This document shows, in pieces, positions 10,626 to 20,110 of a stretch of DNA of 64,000 nucleotides; position 1 is the stretch's first letter, and each line of letters starts with the position of its first letter. The position numbers and the translations under genes are program-made. This DNA comes from Acutalibacteraceae bacterium (GTDB lineage: Bacteria; Bacillota; Clostridia; Oscillospirales; Acutalibacteraceae): contig JAZNPE010000048.1 of the NCBI GenBank assembly GCA_045589535.1, positions 17,237-81,236 on the forward strand, given 5' to 3'. The notes beneath the pieces are model-generated. The model saw only the letters and a list, made by a program, of their open reading frames with translations. It did no database searches and had not been told where the DNA came from.

Positions 10626-11429
10626 TCAATATTCAACATCATTAAAAGGTTTCATTTCCTTATAACCCTCATTGCCACACTTCATCCACTTAAGCTTTTC
10701 AGAAAAGGAAAGGTTGCTCAGTTTGCTTGTCCTTGCAGCAAAATACAGCATCCAGGCAAATTTAGTTTTTGGATGTGCTGACTGATAAAATGCACCTTTT
10801 CCGTAATACATTTTTTCATCAAACCCGCTGAACCAAGTAGAATTTTCAAAGTCAACCTTACCGATAGTTTCCTTAGAAACGTAGAAAGTCAAGCCTTTTT
10901 TTCTTGCATCTGTAAGCCACATACTGTCTTCGCCTGACGGGAAGATGCATCCGCCACCAAAAAGGGTTGTAAACCACACATTTGCTTTACGGATTGAATT
11001 GAGCCTTACAGCAATCCTTACTCCGCCCCAAGGCATTTTACAGAATCGGCTACACTTTTTTGTTTCGCTATACTTTATCTGTTTTCTGTCAGAATCTGTG
11101 TCAAGATGAAAAATAATAACATCCGCATCGGGGTGTGTATCAAATTCAGCAAGTACCTTTTCTTCAACATCATCGTTATATGTCACATCATCATCGGCAA
11201 AAAGACAGATTTCACCTTTTGCATACATCAGAGCAAGATTACGGTTAATGCCTACTCCCCTTGTGTCTGTTGTAATCATACGCGCAAGGTGACCGTCAAA
11301 CTCTTTTTCTTCAAAGGAAGTTCTGTCTGCCTGATTAGCAAACACAACATCAGAATGAATATTCATCTGTTCAATTTTGGAAAAGTCTTTCTGGTGCATA
11401 GTAACGCACAAAATTTCAAATCTTGACAT
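10626..11429 (-). CDS. glycosyltransferase family 2-like
   Basis: 267 aa with a FADDDV (DxD) motif and a GT-A-like N-terminal half. Confidence 0.6.
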   Translation of the reverse strand: MSRFEILCVTMHQKDFSKIEQMNIHSDVVFANQADRTSFEEKEFDGHLARMITTDTRGVGINRNLALMYAKGEICLFADDDVTYNDDVEEKVLAEFDTHPDADVIIFHLDTDSDRKQIKYSETKKCSRFCKMPWGGVRIAVRLNSIRKANVWFTTLFGGGCIFPSGEDSMWLTDARKKGLTFYVSKETIGKVDFENSTWFSGFDEKMYYGKGAFYQSAHPKTKFAWMLYFAARTSKLSNLSFSEKLKWMKCGNEGYKEMKPFNDVEY

Positions 11430-12298
11430 TAAACATTCCCCAAATACTCGGTATAATTTTTCTCTGTGTCAAAAACATACGCGTGAACAGCAGCTTTGCG
11501 CTGCTCTTCACTCGGTAATTTCATATAATCACCGTAACGGTATGTAAGATACTCTTTTATTCTCTCAGAACCGAGAAGGTTGGTATCTTCAAAATTGATA
11601 TCGACGGGCTTCTCAAAAAAAGATTTATCAAACAAACCGTTTCTGAATTTTGCGGGGGTTATCCAATAGCAATACTTATAATTATCTTTTCTGCCGTCGT
11701 ATCTGTAAATATGGCTATATGCAATTCGTGCCATAAGCTTACAGGGCATAAATTTCAGGGAGTCGAGAACGACTTTCTGTGACTTACTTTTCGGCTTCCA
11801 GTTTCTTTGGGACAATCCGTAAAGCGTTACAAACTTGGATTCATAGTAAACCATTTTCTGAATAAATTTATTCTCCGGAACCTTATGAAGAATCATTATA
11901 TCAACATATATACCGTGGTGCATATCCATGCAGTTTTTGAAGTTCTCTTCAATAAACGTAGTGCCATTCATACGCACCTTTGCATATTCAAGATACTTAT
12001 TATCAGTTCGCCATTCCTGAAGGACAAACTGTTCGTTCTTGGTGTTTTCAAAAACTGTTTTGAATTTTTTGTATTGGTCGGGAGTCATAAATATATCCAG
12101 ATCATCGTCCCAGGGAATAAATCCTCCGTGGCGGACCGCACCGAGTGCCGTGCCACCCATTATATAATAAACAATCCCGTGTTCGCGGCACAGTTTGTCT
12201 ATAAACTTCATAGTTTCAAGAATTTTATCCTGTACGCTACGCACGGACCGCTGACTCATAAATCCACTTCTTTTCTTTTTACTAAGCTTTCTTTGCAA
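11429..12298 (-). CDS. LicD-family phosphotransferase (phospho-alcohol transfer to glycan)
   Basis: Contains the LicD hallmark YYIMGGTALGAVRHGGFIPWDDDLDIFM. Confidence 0.8.
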   Translation of the reverse strand: MQRKLSKKKRSGFMSQRSVRSVQDKILETMKFIDKLCREHGIVYYIMGGTALGAVRHGGFIPWDDDLDIFMTPDQYKKFKTVFENTKNEQFVLQEWRTDNKYLEYAKVRMNGTTFIEENFKNCMDMHHGIYVDIMILHKVPENKFIQKMVYYESKFVTLYGLSQRNWKPKSKSQKVVLDSLKFMPCKLMARIAYSHIYRYDGRKDNYKYCYWITPAKFRNGLFDKSFFEKPVDINFEDTNLLGSERIKEYLTYRYGDYMKLPSEEQRKAAVHAYVFDTEKNYTEYLGNV

Positions 12299-13112
12299 GA
12301 TAATAATACTTGCTCATTATTTTATTAAAAATCGGTATTCTTATCAAAATCTTTGCGACAAATTTCAACACTTTAAATATCGATGTTTTCACTGTATAAA
12401 CAACAACAGACTCCGTCCAACGGTGCGGATGGATACTGATTATGTTACCCTTAGTCTTATCTAATGCCTCTGATAAATAGTCAAGATTTTTATAAGGTAC
12501 ATTTTTATCATCGGTATTGACAACATCGTTATTTATCGGGTCATAAATGAGTTTAAACATTCGACCCGCATCTGAAAAATACAGATAATCTGTCGGTATT
12601 TTCTCTTTGAAATTTACCATTATATCCGCGATTTCAGGATATAATTCACGAACTTTTTCATTCCTGAAAAAATCACGGTTCGAGTGATAGCCGTTTCTCT
12701 CAACTATAGGATTGCCATGTTGGCAAACCGTTTTAATTTCAAATCCGTTGTCCTCAAACATCTTTTTGTTCTTTGCAAACTCTTCGATAGCTTTTTCAAA
12801 ATCACCTTTGCAAGCATCAAGAACGTCATAATGATATGAAATTTCGTGTCCCATATCCTGCATCTCAGACAACATTTTGATATTGCGTTCTTCTTCCAAC
12901 AAATACGCCTGCACATAATACGAACCTCTGTGTCCGTACTGATTTTCAATCTGTGCAATTCTGTACGCATGTGAAACATCAGTTTCAACATCGTGCTTCA
13001 GAACAAGATAATTGCCCGAATCGGATTTAACTTCGCAAGCAGGAATACTTTTGAAATTCTTTTCTTTTAACACAGAACAAAACTCTGCCCATTTTTTATA
13101 TACAAAAATCAT
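12282..13112 (-). CDS. hypothetical EPS-locus protein, possibly polysaccharide deacetylase-fold
   Basis: 276 aa. Only weak motif similarity (LKHDVETDV, H-rich segments). No firm assignment. Confidence 0.3.
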   Translation of the reverse strand: MIFVYKKWAEFCSVLKEKNFKSIPACEVKSDSGNYLVLKHDVETDVSHAYRIAQIENQYGHRGSYYVQAYLLEEERNIKMLSEMQDMGHEISYHYDVLDACKGDFEKAIEEFAKNKKMFEDNGFEIKTVCQHGNPIVERNGYHSNRDFFRNEKVRELYPEIADIMVNFKEKIPTDYLYFSDAGRMFKLIYDPINNDVVNTDDKNVPYKNLDYLSEALDKTKGNIISIHPHRWTESVVVYTVKTSIFKVLKFVAKILIRIPIFNKIMSKYYYLAKKA

Positions 13113-13534
13113 TCTTTATTAAGCCTTTCACGCAAAATAGTTGATGAAATACCGTCAGTATGAGACAAATACACAACGGAACATCCTTCAGATGCAAACT
13201 CCTCTTCATACTTGTTCCACGACGGTGTACCCTGCCAGTCAGAGCCCACAAAAACAGCATCAACATTGTACTTTTTTACGGCTGAAAGCTTGTCCATATC
13301 GTTCTGCAAAACAACTTTATCTACATATCTGATAGAATTAACTATTTCAACTCGCTCTTCTTCGCAGATAATAGGCTTTTTGTTTTTTCTCCTCATACAG
13401 AGTTCATCGGTTGTAACTCCGACAATAAGATACTCACACTGCTCTTTTGCACGTTTTATAATATTCAAGTGCCCGATATGAAACATATCGTAAACACCTG
13501 TTGTGTATCCGATTTTATACTTCTTTTCAGCCAT
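13109..13534 (-). CDS. tagD: glycerol-3-phosphate cytidylyltransferase
   Basis: 141 aa. Contains GYTTGVYDMFHIGHLNIIKRAKE (HxGH cytidylyltransferase motif) and RYVD. Size matches TagD/TarD. Confidence 0.85.
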   Translation of the reverse strand: MAEKKYKIGYTTGVYDMFHIGHLNIIKRAKEQCEYLIVGVTTDELCMRRKNKKPIICEEERVEIVNSIRYVDKVVLQNDMDKLSAVKKYNVDAVFVGSDWQGTPSWNKYEEEFASEGCSVVYLSHTDGISSTILRERLNKE

Positions 13535-13537
13535 AAC

Positions 13538-14371
13538 TTAAACCGTCTTTCTGGCAAATTTTTTAAACACCCAACTGCGGACTTTGTTAGGCAACAGCAT
13601 CTGAACAACCAGTCTTTCACCAACATTGACAAGGAATCTGTCAAGCCCTATAACCTTGTTATCCAACATATATTTCTGCAACTTAGCTTCACTAAGGAAG
13701 TATTTTGTTCCGCCACGACGCTGATACATCTCCTTGCCGATACGGACATTAACAAGATAGTCCGGCAGATTAGCAAACTTTGCTCCGTCCAGAAATAAGC
13801 GAAGCCACAGATATGTATCCTCTTCGCAGTACCAATCAATGTATCCTCCGACACTGTCAACACGGCTCTTTTTGAACATAACCGTAACCTGATTCATCGG
13901 GCATCTTCTCTTCATATCTTCTTTTATGGATGCATCATCAGATTTAACAACACGTGCCTCAACAATATTGTCAGGATATCCGACAAATTCCGTAATATTT
14001 CCGCCTACAACAGTAAGCTCAGGATCGCTTTCAAACAGCACAAGCTGCTTTTCGAACCTGTCCTCAGCACTGATATCATCCGCATCCATTAAAGCCACAA
14101 GCTCGTTAGAGCAGTTGTTTAAACCGACTCGACGCGCTTCTCCGTGACCTTTGTTCTCAGGCAAACGAATAACTTTAAATATTGAATTTTGCTCAAAATG
14201 GTTAATTACAACATCAAGCACTTGCGGAACAGGACCGTCAACCACAAGAACTACCTCATCGGGTTTTCTTGTCTGATTAAGGATACTGTCAACCGCAGTT
14301 CTGAACCATTCCGGATTATCCTTGCCGTAAACACACATGGATACAGAAAATTTTGTATCAGGCATCATCAT
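13538..14371 (-). CDS. glycosyltransferase family 2
   Basis: Contains FSVSMCVYGKDNPEWFRTAVDSILNQT and MDADDIS (DxD). Confidence 0.75.
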   Translation of the reverse strand: MMMPDTKFSVSMCVYGKDNPEWFRTAVDSILNQTRKPDEVVLVVDGPVPQVLDVVINHFEQNSIFKVIRLPENKGHGEARRVGLNNCSNELVALMDADDISAEDRFEKQLVLFESDPELTVVGGNITEFVGYPDNIVEARVVKSDDASIKEDMKRRCPMNQVTVMFKKSRVDSVGGYIDWYCEEDTYLWLRLFLDGAKFANLPDYLVNVRIGKEMYQRRGGTKYFLSEAKLQKYMLDNKVIGLDRFLVNVGERLVVQMLLPNKVRSWVFKKFARKTV

Positions 14372-15072
14372 ACCTCCAGGAGATCTTTTGCTTCTTTCTG
14401 GCGAAGTTCATATTCTTCGTTTGTCACTTCGCCTTTTTGTAGCAGATAGTCACCAAAATCAAGGTCACTTACCGTTCCTTCTCGGACTGTATCTGCTCTT
14501 TCAAAAACTTTTATTGCTGTTTTAAAAACAATCTTCGCATCATTCAAAAACGTTATTCCGTTTTCTATGTACTCAATATCATATTCGAACTTCTTTTCCC
14601 AACTGATATTGTTTCTTCCGTTTACCTGAGCCCAACCTGTTAATCCTGGCATTACACTGTGACGTACCCTCTGCTTCGGTGTCATAAACACCATATCCCG
14701 CACCAACTGCGGTCTGGGACCTACAATTGACATATCGCCTTTGAGAATATTTATAAGTTCGGGTAATTCATCCATTGATGTTGCACGAAGAAACCTTCCG
14801 TACCTTGTAAGACGTTTTTCATCAGGTAAAAGTTTTCCGTCAGCATCTTTTTTATTAGTCATTGAACGGAATTTTATTAACTTAAAAATTTTTTCGTTCT
14901 TTCCCGGTCTGGGTTGTGTAAAGAACGGATTGCCTCCCATCTTAACAGTGCCGATAATTATAAGCACCAATATCAATGGCGAAAGTATCACCAAGGCTAT
15001 CAGAGAAAGCAAAAAATCTATCATTCTTTTAAAAAACTTTTGGTACATACCTAAAACCCTCAATCGAAGCAA
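14368..15072 (-). CDS. undecaprenyl-phosphate sugar-phosphotransferase (small PglC/WcfS-like bacterial sugar transferase)
   Basis: One N-terminal TM helix followed by KFRSM...DELPQL-type motifs (DELPELINILKGDMSIVGPRP). The start is either TTG at 15072 or ATG at 15048. Confidence 0.8.
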   Translation of the reverse strand: MLRLRVLGMYQKFFKRMIDFLLSLIALVILSPLILVLIIIGTVKMGGNPFFTQPRPGKNEKIFKLIKFRSMTNKKDADGKLLPDEKRLTRYGRFLRATSMDELPELINILKGDMSIVGPRPQLVRDMVFMTPKQRVRHSVMPGLTGWAQVNGRNNISWEKKFEYDIEYIENGITFLNDAKIVFKTAIKVFERADTVREGTVSDLDFGDYLLQKGEVTNEEYELRQKEAKDLLEV

Positions 15073-16319
15073 CTTCTAACAATTTCAATAATTGCATTCT
15101 GCTCATCTGCCGTCATCTTTATATCACTGGGCAAACACAAGCCACGCTCAAAAATATCCATACTCACATCGAAAACTCCGCCCTCGATATAAGCGTCTGT
15201 TTTCGCTCTTAACGAACCGCTTCTTGTCACAAACTCATGCATACGGTACATCGGTTGCATATGCATCGGCTTCCAGAGAGGTCTGCCCTCTGCATTATAG
15301 CTTGCAAGTTTTTCAAGAATTTCCGTCGGGCAGGTTTTGCCTTTTTCCCTGACATAAAGTGCCTTGGAATCGTCTCTCACCTGACGGCACATATAATCCT
15401 TATCAATAATCATAGCTGAGAGCCAATAGTTAGGCTCTGTTTCGTCTGCTATAGGATTCATCTTCACCGGAAGATACTTGAATCCTTCACAATAACGTTC
15501 ATAAAGAGCTTTTTTACGTTCGATATGCTCTTCAAGATACTTGTACTGACCGCGGATAACACCTGCGACAACATTGCTCATGCGGTAGTTATAGCCAACC
15601 TCTTCGTGCTGATACCACGGGGCATTTTCCCTCGCCTGAGTTGACCATTTGCTTGCCTTATTTGCAACTTCCTGATCATCAGTAAGAAGACATCCGCCTG
15701 CTGAACCCGTGATAATTTTATTTCCGTTATAGCTTATTGCGGAATAGTCACCGAAAGAACCGCACTGTCTGCCGACTACTGTTGCGCCCATAGCCTCGGC
15801 AGCATCTTCAATAAGAAGTGCACCGTGCTTTTCACAGATCTCTTTAATTTTATCAATTCTTCCCGGGAAACCGTAAAGCTCAGCATAAACAACAAGCTTT
15901 ACATCAGGATAGAGTTCAAAGGCTTTTTCAAGAGCAACGGGATCCATATTCCATGAATCTTCCTCGGTATCAATAAAGACAGGAATACCGCCTTCATAAA
16001 CAACCGGATTGAGTGTTGCAGCAAAAGTCATATCGGAACAGAAAACACGCTTGTTTTCGAGTGCGCCGTGGCTGATTGCCGGTCTGCCGTAAAGCCTTTC
16101 ACCAGCAGCTTTCACCGTAAGGTGGAGCGCTGCCGTACACGACGAAAGCCCAACCGCATATTTCTTTTCAGCCTTCTCGGCGGCTATTCTCTCAACCTCA
16201 TTGATGTTTGCACCAACTGTAGACATCCAGTTTGTTTCATAAGCCTCTTTCATATATTCAAGCTCTTCTCCGTGCATTGTAGGAGTTGCAAGCCATATTT
16301 TTTTACTGAATCTTTCCAA
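15060..16319 (-). CDS. DegT/DnrJ/EryC1/StrS-family sugar aminotransferase
   Basis: 419 aa. PLP sugar aminotransferase pattern (PTMHGEELEYM, NGNKIITGSAGGCL). TTG start preceded by AGAGGG. Confidence 0.8.
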   Translation of the reverse strand: MERFSKKIWLATPTMHGEELEYMKEAYETNWMSTVGANINEVERIAAEKAEKKYAVGLSSCTAALHLTVKAAGERLYGRPAISHGALENKRVFCSDMTFAATLNPVVYEGGIPVFIDTEEDSWNMDPVALEKAFELYPDVKLVVYAELYGFPGRIDKIKEICEKHGALLIEDAAEAMGATVVGRQCGSFGDYSAISYNGNKIITGSAGGCLLTDDQEVANKASKWSTQARENAPWYQHEEVGYNYRMSNVVAGVIRGQYKYLEEHIERKKALYERYCEGFKYLPVKMNPIADETEPNYWLSAMIIDKDYMCRQVRDDSKALYVREKGKTCPTEILEKLASYNAEGRPLWKPMHMQPMYRMHEFVTRSGSLRAKTDAYIEGGVFDVSMDIFERGLCLPSDIKMTADEQNAIIEIVRSCFD

Positions 16320-16373
16320 AATAATCTGCCCTCTTTTTGTAAAGTTTCTTAAAAATAACAGTATATTTTAAAG

Positions 16374-17531
16374 CTATTTCAAATTTAATTTATCGAACAA
16401 TTTATGGTCGTAATCACTTTTCAATGCTAATTCAAGCCTGTTGGCATAGGTTTCCTTGAAGCCCTTCTTTTTACCGAACATCAGTGAAAAAATCCTGTAA
16501 AACTCATAAAACAGAGTAAGAATCGGATATTTTTCAAGTATCGGATAATCACGTTTTAAATATCTGTACGGAACGAAAACTCTTGAAATTATATATCTGA
16601 TCTTGCCGCCGGCGCGTTGATTGGCAGACTCATCTCTTGTTTTTGCAGAACCGAAAGTTCCGCCTTCAAGAATAAACTTTTCCATCTGTAATGTTATTTC
16701 GTCGTGCTCTTCATCGCTGAACCACACACGGCTGAGTTTTCTTGCGCTTTCAGCAAATGTTAAAAGTTTGCCATTTTTAAGAGTTTTATGTATTTCAGCG
16801 GTATATCCGCACTTGTTATCTATAAGTAACAGATCAATGAACGGTCGCAATCCGCATCCGCCGAGTCTGAAATGCTTTGCCATATGAAGAATATGGTAGT
16901 AATAAAAAATCTCATCGCTGAGTTTGTATCTGAAACCTGAGTCTTCACATGTCTTTGCCGTTTTCCAGATATCTTTAATCACCTTGGAATAAAGCGGTGA
17001 TTTTTTACTGCCAAGTAATTTATAATGAAGTTCAACAACCGTTTTATTATCTGAAAGAAAAACAATATCGTGTTTGCTTTCGCCTTTTTTTGAATAACCT
17101 TTGATACTAAGAATTGCATCAGTTGCCTTTTTCAGATCTTTTTCTTTAACAAGAATATCAACATCACAGCTCGTTCTCATCCATGGCTGAGGATACAGAC
17201 TGCGTATTTCTGCACCTTTCAGCGGAATGAACGGAATTCCCGTTTTTTCTAACACAGAACAAACTTCATCAAAGGATTTGCTCATTTTTTCCTGTTCAAA
17301 AACTGCCTTGTAAAATTCGTTCATAAACTGACCTTTCTGAGGACAGTTCATAAAATAACCGTTATTATTTAATGCTGAAGCCGCAAGATGTGCAACGTTA
17401 TGTTTATAAGACAACACAAGCAGCTCAACCAAATCTTTTTCGCTTAACGAAGCTGCATCGCACAAATCAAGTTTCTGTTGAAAAACTTCGTGTTTTATAA
17501 GATTCAATAAAATTCTGTCGATTTGCTCCAT
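16374..17531 (-). CDS. uncharacterised nucleotidyltransferase (PF14907/NTP_transf_5-like)
   Basis: 385 aa. The motif IPLKGAEIRSLYPQPWMRTSCDVDILV is characteristic of this family. Last gene of the peptide-modification module. Confidence 0.65.
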   Translation of the reverse strand: MEQIDRILLNLIKHEVFQQKLDLCDAASLSEKDLVELLVLSYKHNVAHLAASALNNNGYFMNCPQKGQFMNEFYKAVFEQEKMSKSFDEVCSVLEKTGIPFIPLKGAEIRSLYPQPWMRTSCDVDILVKEKDLKKATDAILSIKGYSKKGESKHDIVFLSDNKTVVELHYKLLGSKKSPLYSKVIKDIWKTAKTCEDSGFRYKLSDEIFYYYHILHMAKHFRLGGCGLRPFIDLLLIDNKCGYTAEIHKTLKNGKLLTFAESARKLSRVWFSDEEHDEITLQMEKFILEGGTFGSAKTRDESANQRAGGKIRYIISRVFVPYRYLKRDYPILEKYPILTLFYEFYRIFSLMFGKKKGFKETYANRLELALKSDYDHKLFDKLNLK

Positions 17532-17544
17532 AGTGTTGCTCCGA

Positions 17545-18009
17545 TTATTTTTTGTTTTTAATTCGTCTTATATTAAACCACAGACGCATAAAAAGCGGAC
17601 GAATCGGGGTAAGAAGTTCCCATATAAATGCAAAAATTTTCCAATAAACTGACTCTGAGCTTTTCCGTTTTCCCTTCCGTTCAATTTCACTCACACAGGC
17701 AACCACCTGCGACTTTTCAACTTTTTCACATTTCGTTTGTGCGTCACCGCAAAGAAGCATTGAACCATCAGGGCAGATTTTTTTAACTCTGTGAAGTACC
17801 AGTAAACCGTCTTTTCTTTTAAAAAGGAGAATACTGCCCTTGCTCAAATCTTTCTCCGCATACTTTTTGAGATAAACAATATCACGTCTGCTGATAAGAA
17901 AAGGATTCATACTGCTACCCGAAACACAGAGAGGTACAGTTGCACCTTCGGCAATTAAATTTTCAATCGAATCTGAAATCTCATATAGCGAGCAGTTATA
18001 CTTTTCCAT
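17545..18009 (-). CDS. S24/S26-family serine peptidase (signal-peptidase-like)
   Basis: 154 aa. Contains a GSSMNPFL Ser motif, an LHRVKK Lys motif and a C-terminal hydrophobic/amphipathic tail. Confidence 0.65.
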   Translation of the reverse strand: MEKYNCSLYEISDSIENLIAEGATVPLCVSGSSMNPFLISRRDIVYLKKYAEKDLSKGSILLFKRKDGLLVLHRVKKICPDGSMLLCGDAQTKCEKVEKSQVVACVSEIERKGKRKSSESVYWKIFAFIWELLTPIRPLFMRLWFNIRRIKNKK

Positions 18010-18012
18010 AAT

Positions 18013-18774
18013 TCACCCAAAAATCTCATTATATGTCAATCTTACTGCCTCTTCATCGGGTCTGCATTCAAGAATAAAAACTGGTGTTCTTTTTAAAAGA
18101 CAATCAAAAGTATCAAGAGTCTTATTAAGGCAATCTTTATCCCAATGAGGTAAAAAGATATGCGGCATAAGATATTCCGTTGCAGTTTCAACAAGCTTTG
18201 TTATGCGGTTTTCAGCAGACTGCCTCAATACAACTATCGCACTCAGGGGTGCTTTTCTGTTAAGACAATACTCTGATGAGCCTTTCCAAGGAAGACCGAA
18301 AGCAAAAAATGTTTCGTCAATTTCTCTTACAAAAGCTTTATCACCGTTTACGATTTCAGCACCAAGGAACTCCCCCCAGAGTTCAGCCTGAGTGGTTTTT
18401 CCGACACCTGAGTAGCCTGTAAAAAGAATCCCCTTTCCGTTAAGTGTTACAAACGAAGAATGTGTAAGTAAAGTGTTGAAAGAAGAAAATCTTGAACATA
18501 TTGCCGCAAGCGGTAAAGCAAAATCTCTGTCATAATCCGGATGGTAATATGAAACGGCCTCGCTCCAATTATTATTGGCAAGAAGTATATCACCGTTCCT
18601 GCCTCTTAATAAATGCTCCGGTTTTTCCAAAAGATACTGTACAGAATGACATTCCTGCATCTTATCTTCAAATTTAATTTTTATTACCGAATCTTTTTCG
18701 CCGGTTAAAAAATCTTCTGCGAAACCACAATTCTCTTTCTGCCAGTCAACCGACAGATCTGCAATCCGTATCAT
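18013..18774 (-). CDS. HPr-kinase-like P-loop protein (HprK C-terminal domain homolog)
   Basis: P-loop GILFTGYSGVGKTTQAELW. I moved the start to the ATG at 18774 because it forms an ATGA overlap with the stop of the 94-aa gene. The track start is 18798. Confidence 0.65.
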   Translation of the reverse strand: MIRIADLSVDWQKENCGFAEDFLTGEKDSVIKIKFEDKMQECHSVQYLLEKPEHLLRGRNGDILLANNNWSEAVSYYHPDYDRDFALPLAAICSRFSSFNTLLTHSSFVTLNGKGILFTGYSGVGKTTQAELWGEFLGAEIVNGDKAFVREIDETFFAFGLPWKGSSEYCLNRKAPLSAIVVLRQSAENRITKLVETATEYLMPHIFLPHWDKDCLNKTLDTFDCLLKRTPVFILECRPDEEAVRLTYNEIFG

Positions 18775-19055
18775 GTGTTCTGTGAACCGTTGAAGCAAAA
18801 GAAATAAGCTTCATATGCTCCATGTTTTTTAACCTGTTCCATAAGGTCGTTGTAATAATGAATAAAGTCTGTTCCCGGCAAATCTTTTGATACTGCAAGC
18901 TTTCCGGTGTATGTTTCACGGCAACCGTCCAGTTCGAATTTAAACTGAATAACAGCCATACCGCCAACTACATCATCGCCGACCGAAGCAGCGATACTTT
19001 CATTAAGATTAAGCGCAATAAGCTTACTTTCGGGAGCTACGTATTCTTTCTTCAT
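18771..19055 (-). CDS. 94-aa protein, candidate substrate or precursor of the adjacent radical SAM enzyme
   Basis: ATGA overlaps with the genes on both sides. Leader-like N-terminus MKKEYVAPESKLIALNLNESIAAS, a VVGG motif, and 2 Cys. Confidence 0.55.
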   Translation of the reverse strand: MKKEYVAPESKLIALNLNESIAASVGDDVVGGMAVIQFKFELDGCRETYTGKLAVSKDLPGTDFIHYYNDLMEQVKKHGAYEAYFFCFNGSQNT

Positions 19056-20110
19056 AATTCTTTCTCCTTCTTTTTTATATCATATAGTTGCTTAAGCTGT
19101 TTTGCTATATCACAAAAGGTTTCTGCCGGTTTCTCGGGATGTCCGCTTTCCGCACACAATACAGCCGGACAACGCTGACAGAATTCTTTCCATTCGCAAT
19201 CCGAACACTCTTTCGGATTTTTAATTTTTTCAAGCTGAGTATATAAATTTTTAAAATCTTTACTTATATCCCCTGAATATTCCGCACACGGTTCATTAAG
19301 AAACGAACATAGCTGAAGCTTTCCGTGCCAGGTAATATAAAGAGATTTACGATAACTTGCACACATTGAGAACGGGAATTCCGGGAAACGGTACTTACTT
19401 TTTTCAAGATCATCTAAAGTATATTCATAAGAGAAATCCGCAATACCTAACCTTGAGGTTTCTGCTGTGTTTGTTGCACCTCTTGACGATTTTAAAACAG
19501 AAACAGTGTGTTGAAGATGTACCCTTTTTTCTCTTGCAAACTGATAAATCTGCTGAAGGTCACCTGCATTTTCTTTTACTATTGTTGAAGAAAGAGTAAG
19601 CGGCACGCCAGCTTCTTTGATAAGGTCAATTGCCTTTGAGATATGGTCAAATCCGTCCGATACCCCGCATAGTCTGCGATAAGTTTCGTTGCTTGCACCG
19701 TATACTGTCAACTGCATATTGTGCGGCATACCGTAAAGTCGGAACTTTTCCATAGCTGTTTCATCTATAAAATATCCGTTAGAAAAAATCGTAATCCAGA
19801 AACCCATCTTATTAAGACGGCTGTAGATCTCCCAAAACTGAGGATGAGTGAAAACCTCACCGCCTGTAAGCAGAATTTTAAGGGTGCCCATTTCACGAAG
19901 CCTTTCGGCAATTTCAATCCACTCTTCTGCAGCAAGCATTGTTCCCTGCAAAGCTGCCTGTTCTTTGTCCAGACGGACATAGCACATAACACAATTAAAA
20001 TTACAGAAAGGTGTAAGTTCAAATGTTACAGAAAAAGGCGCACAATGTTCAACTGCCCATAAGTTGAGCTTGGCTAAAAAACCGTCGCCGAAACTTTCAC
20101 ATCCAAGCAT
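19052..20110 (-). CDS. radical SAM enzyme with C-terminal SPASM-type auxiliary cluster domain
   Basis: Contains CNFNCVMC (CX3CX2C). The C-terminus has C-x12-G-x4-C (CASYRKSLYITWHGKLQLC) and CSDCEWKEFCQRC (C-x2-C-x5-C-x2-C). Confidence 0.8.
   Translation of the reverse strand: MLGCESFGDGFLAKLNLWAVEHCAPFSVTFELTPFCNFNCVMCYVRLDKEQAALQGTMLAAEEWIEIAERLREMGTLKILLTGGEVFTHPQFWEIYSRLNKMGFWITIFSNGYFIDETAMEKFRLYGMPHNMQLTVYGASNETYRRLCGVSDGFDHISKAIDLIKEAGVPLTLSSTIVKENAGDLQQIYQFAREKRVHLQHTVSVLKSSRGATNTAETSRLGIADFSYEYTLDDLEKSKYRFPEFPFSMCASYRKSLYITWHGKLQLCSFLNEPCAEYSGDISKDFKNLYTQLEKIKNPKECSDCEWKEFCQRCPAVLCAESGHPEKPAETFCDIAKQLKQLYDIKKKEKEL

Noticed and set aside
18746-18967. 73-aa minus-strand ORF overlapping the 94-aa gene in another frame
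   Set aside because: It lies almost entirely within the 18771-19055 ORF, overlapping only the first bases of the HPrK-like gene. It has no coupling signal or RBS. The 94-aa frame is the one with ATGA overlaps on both sides.
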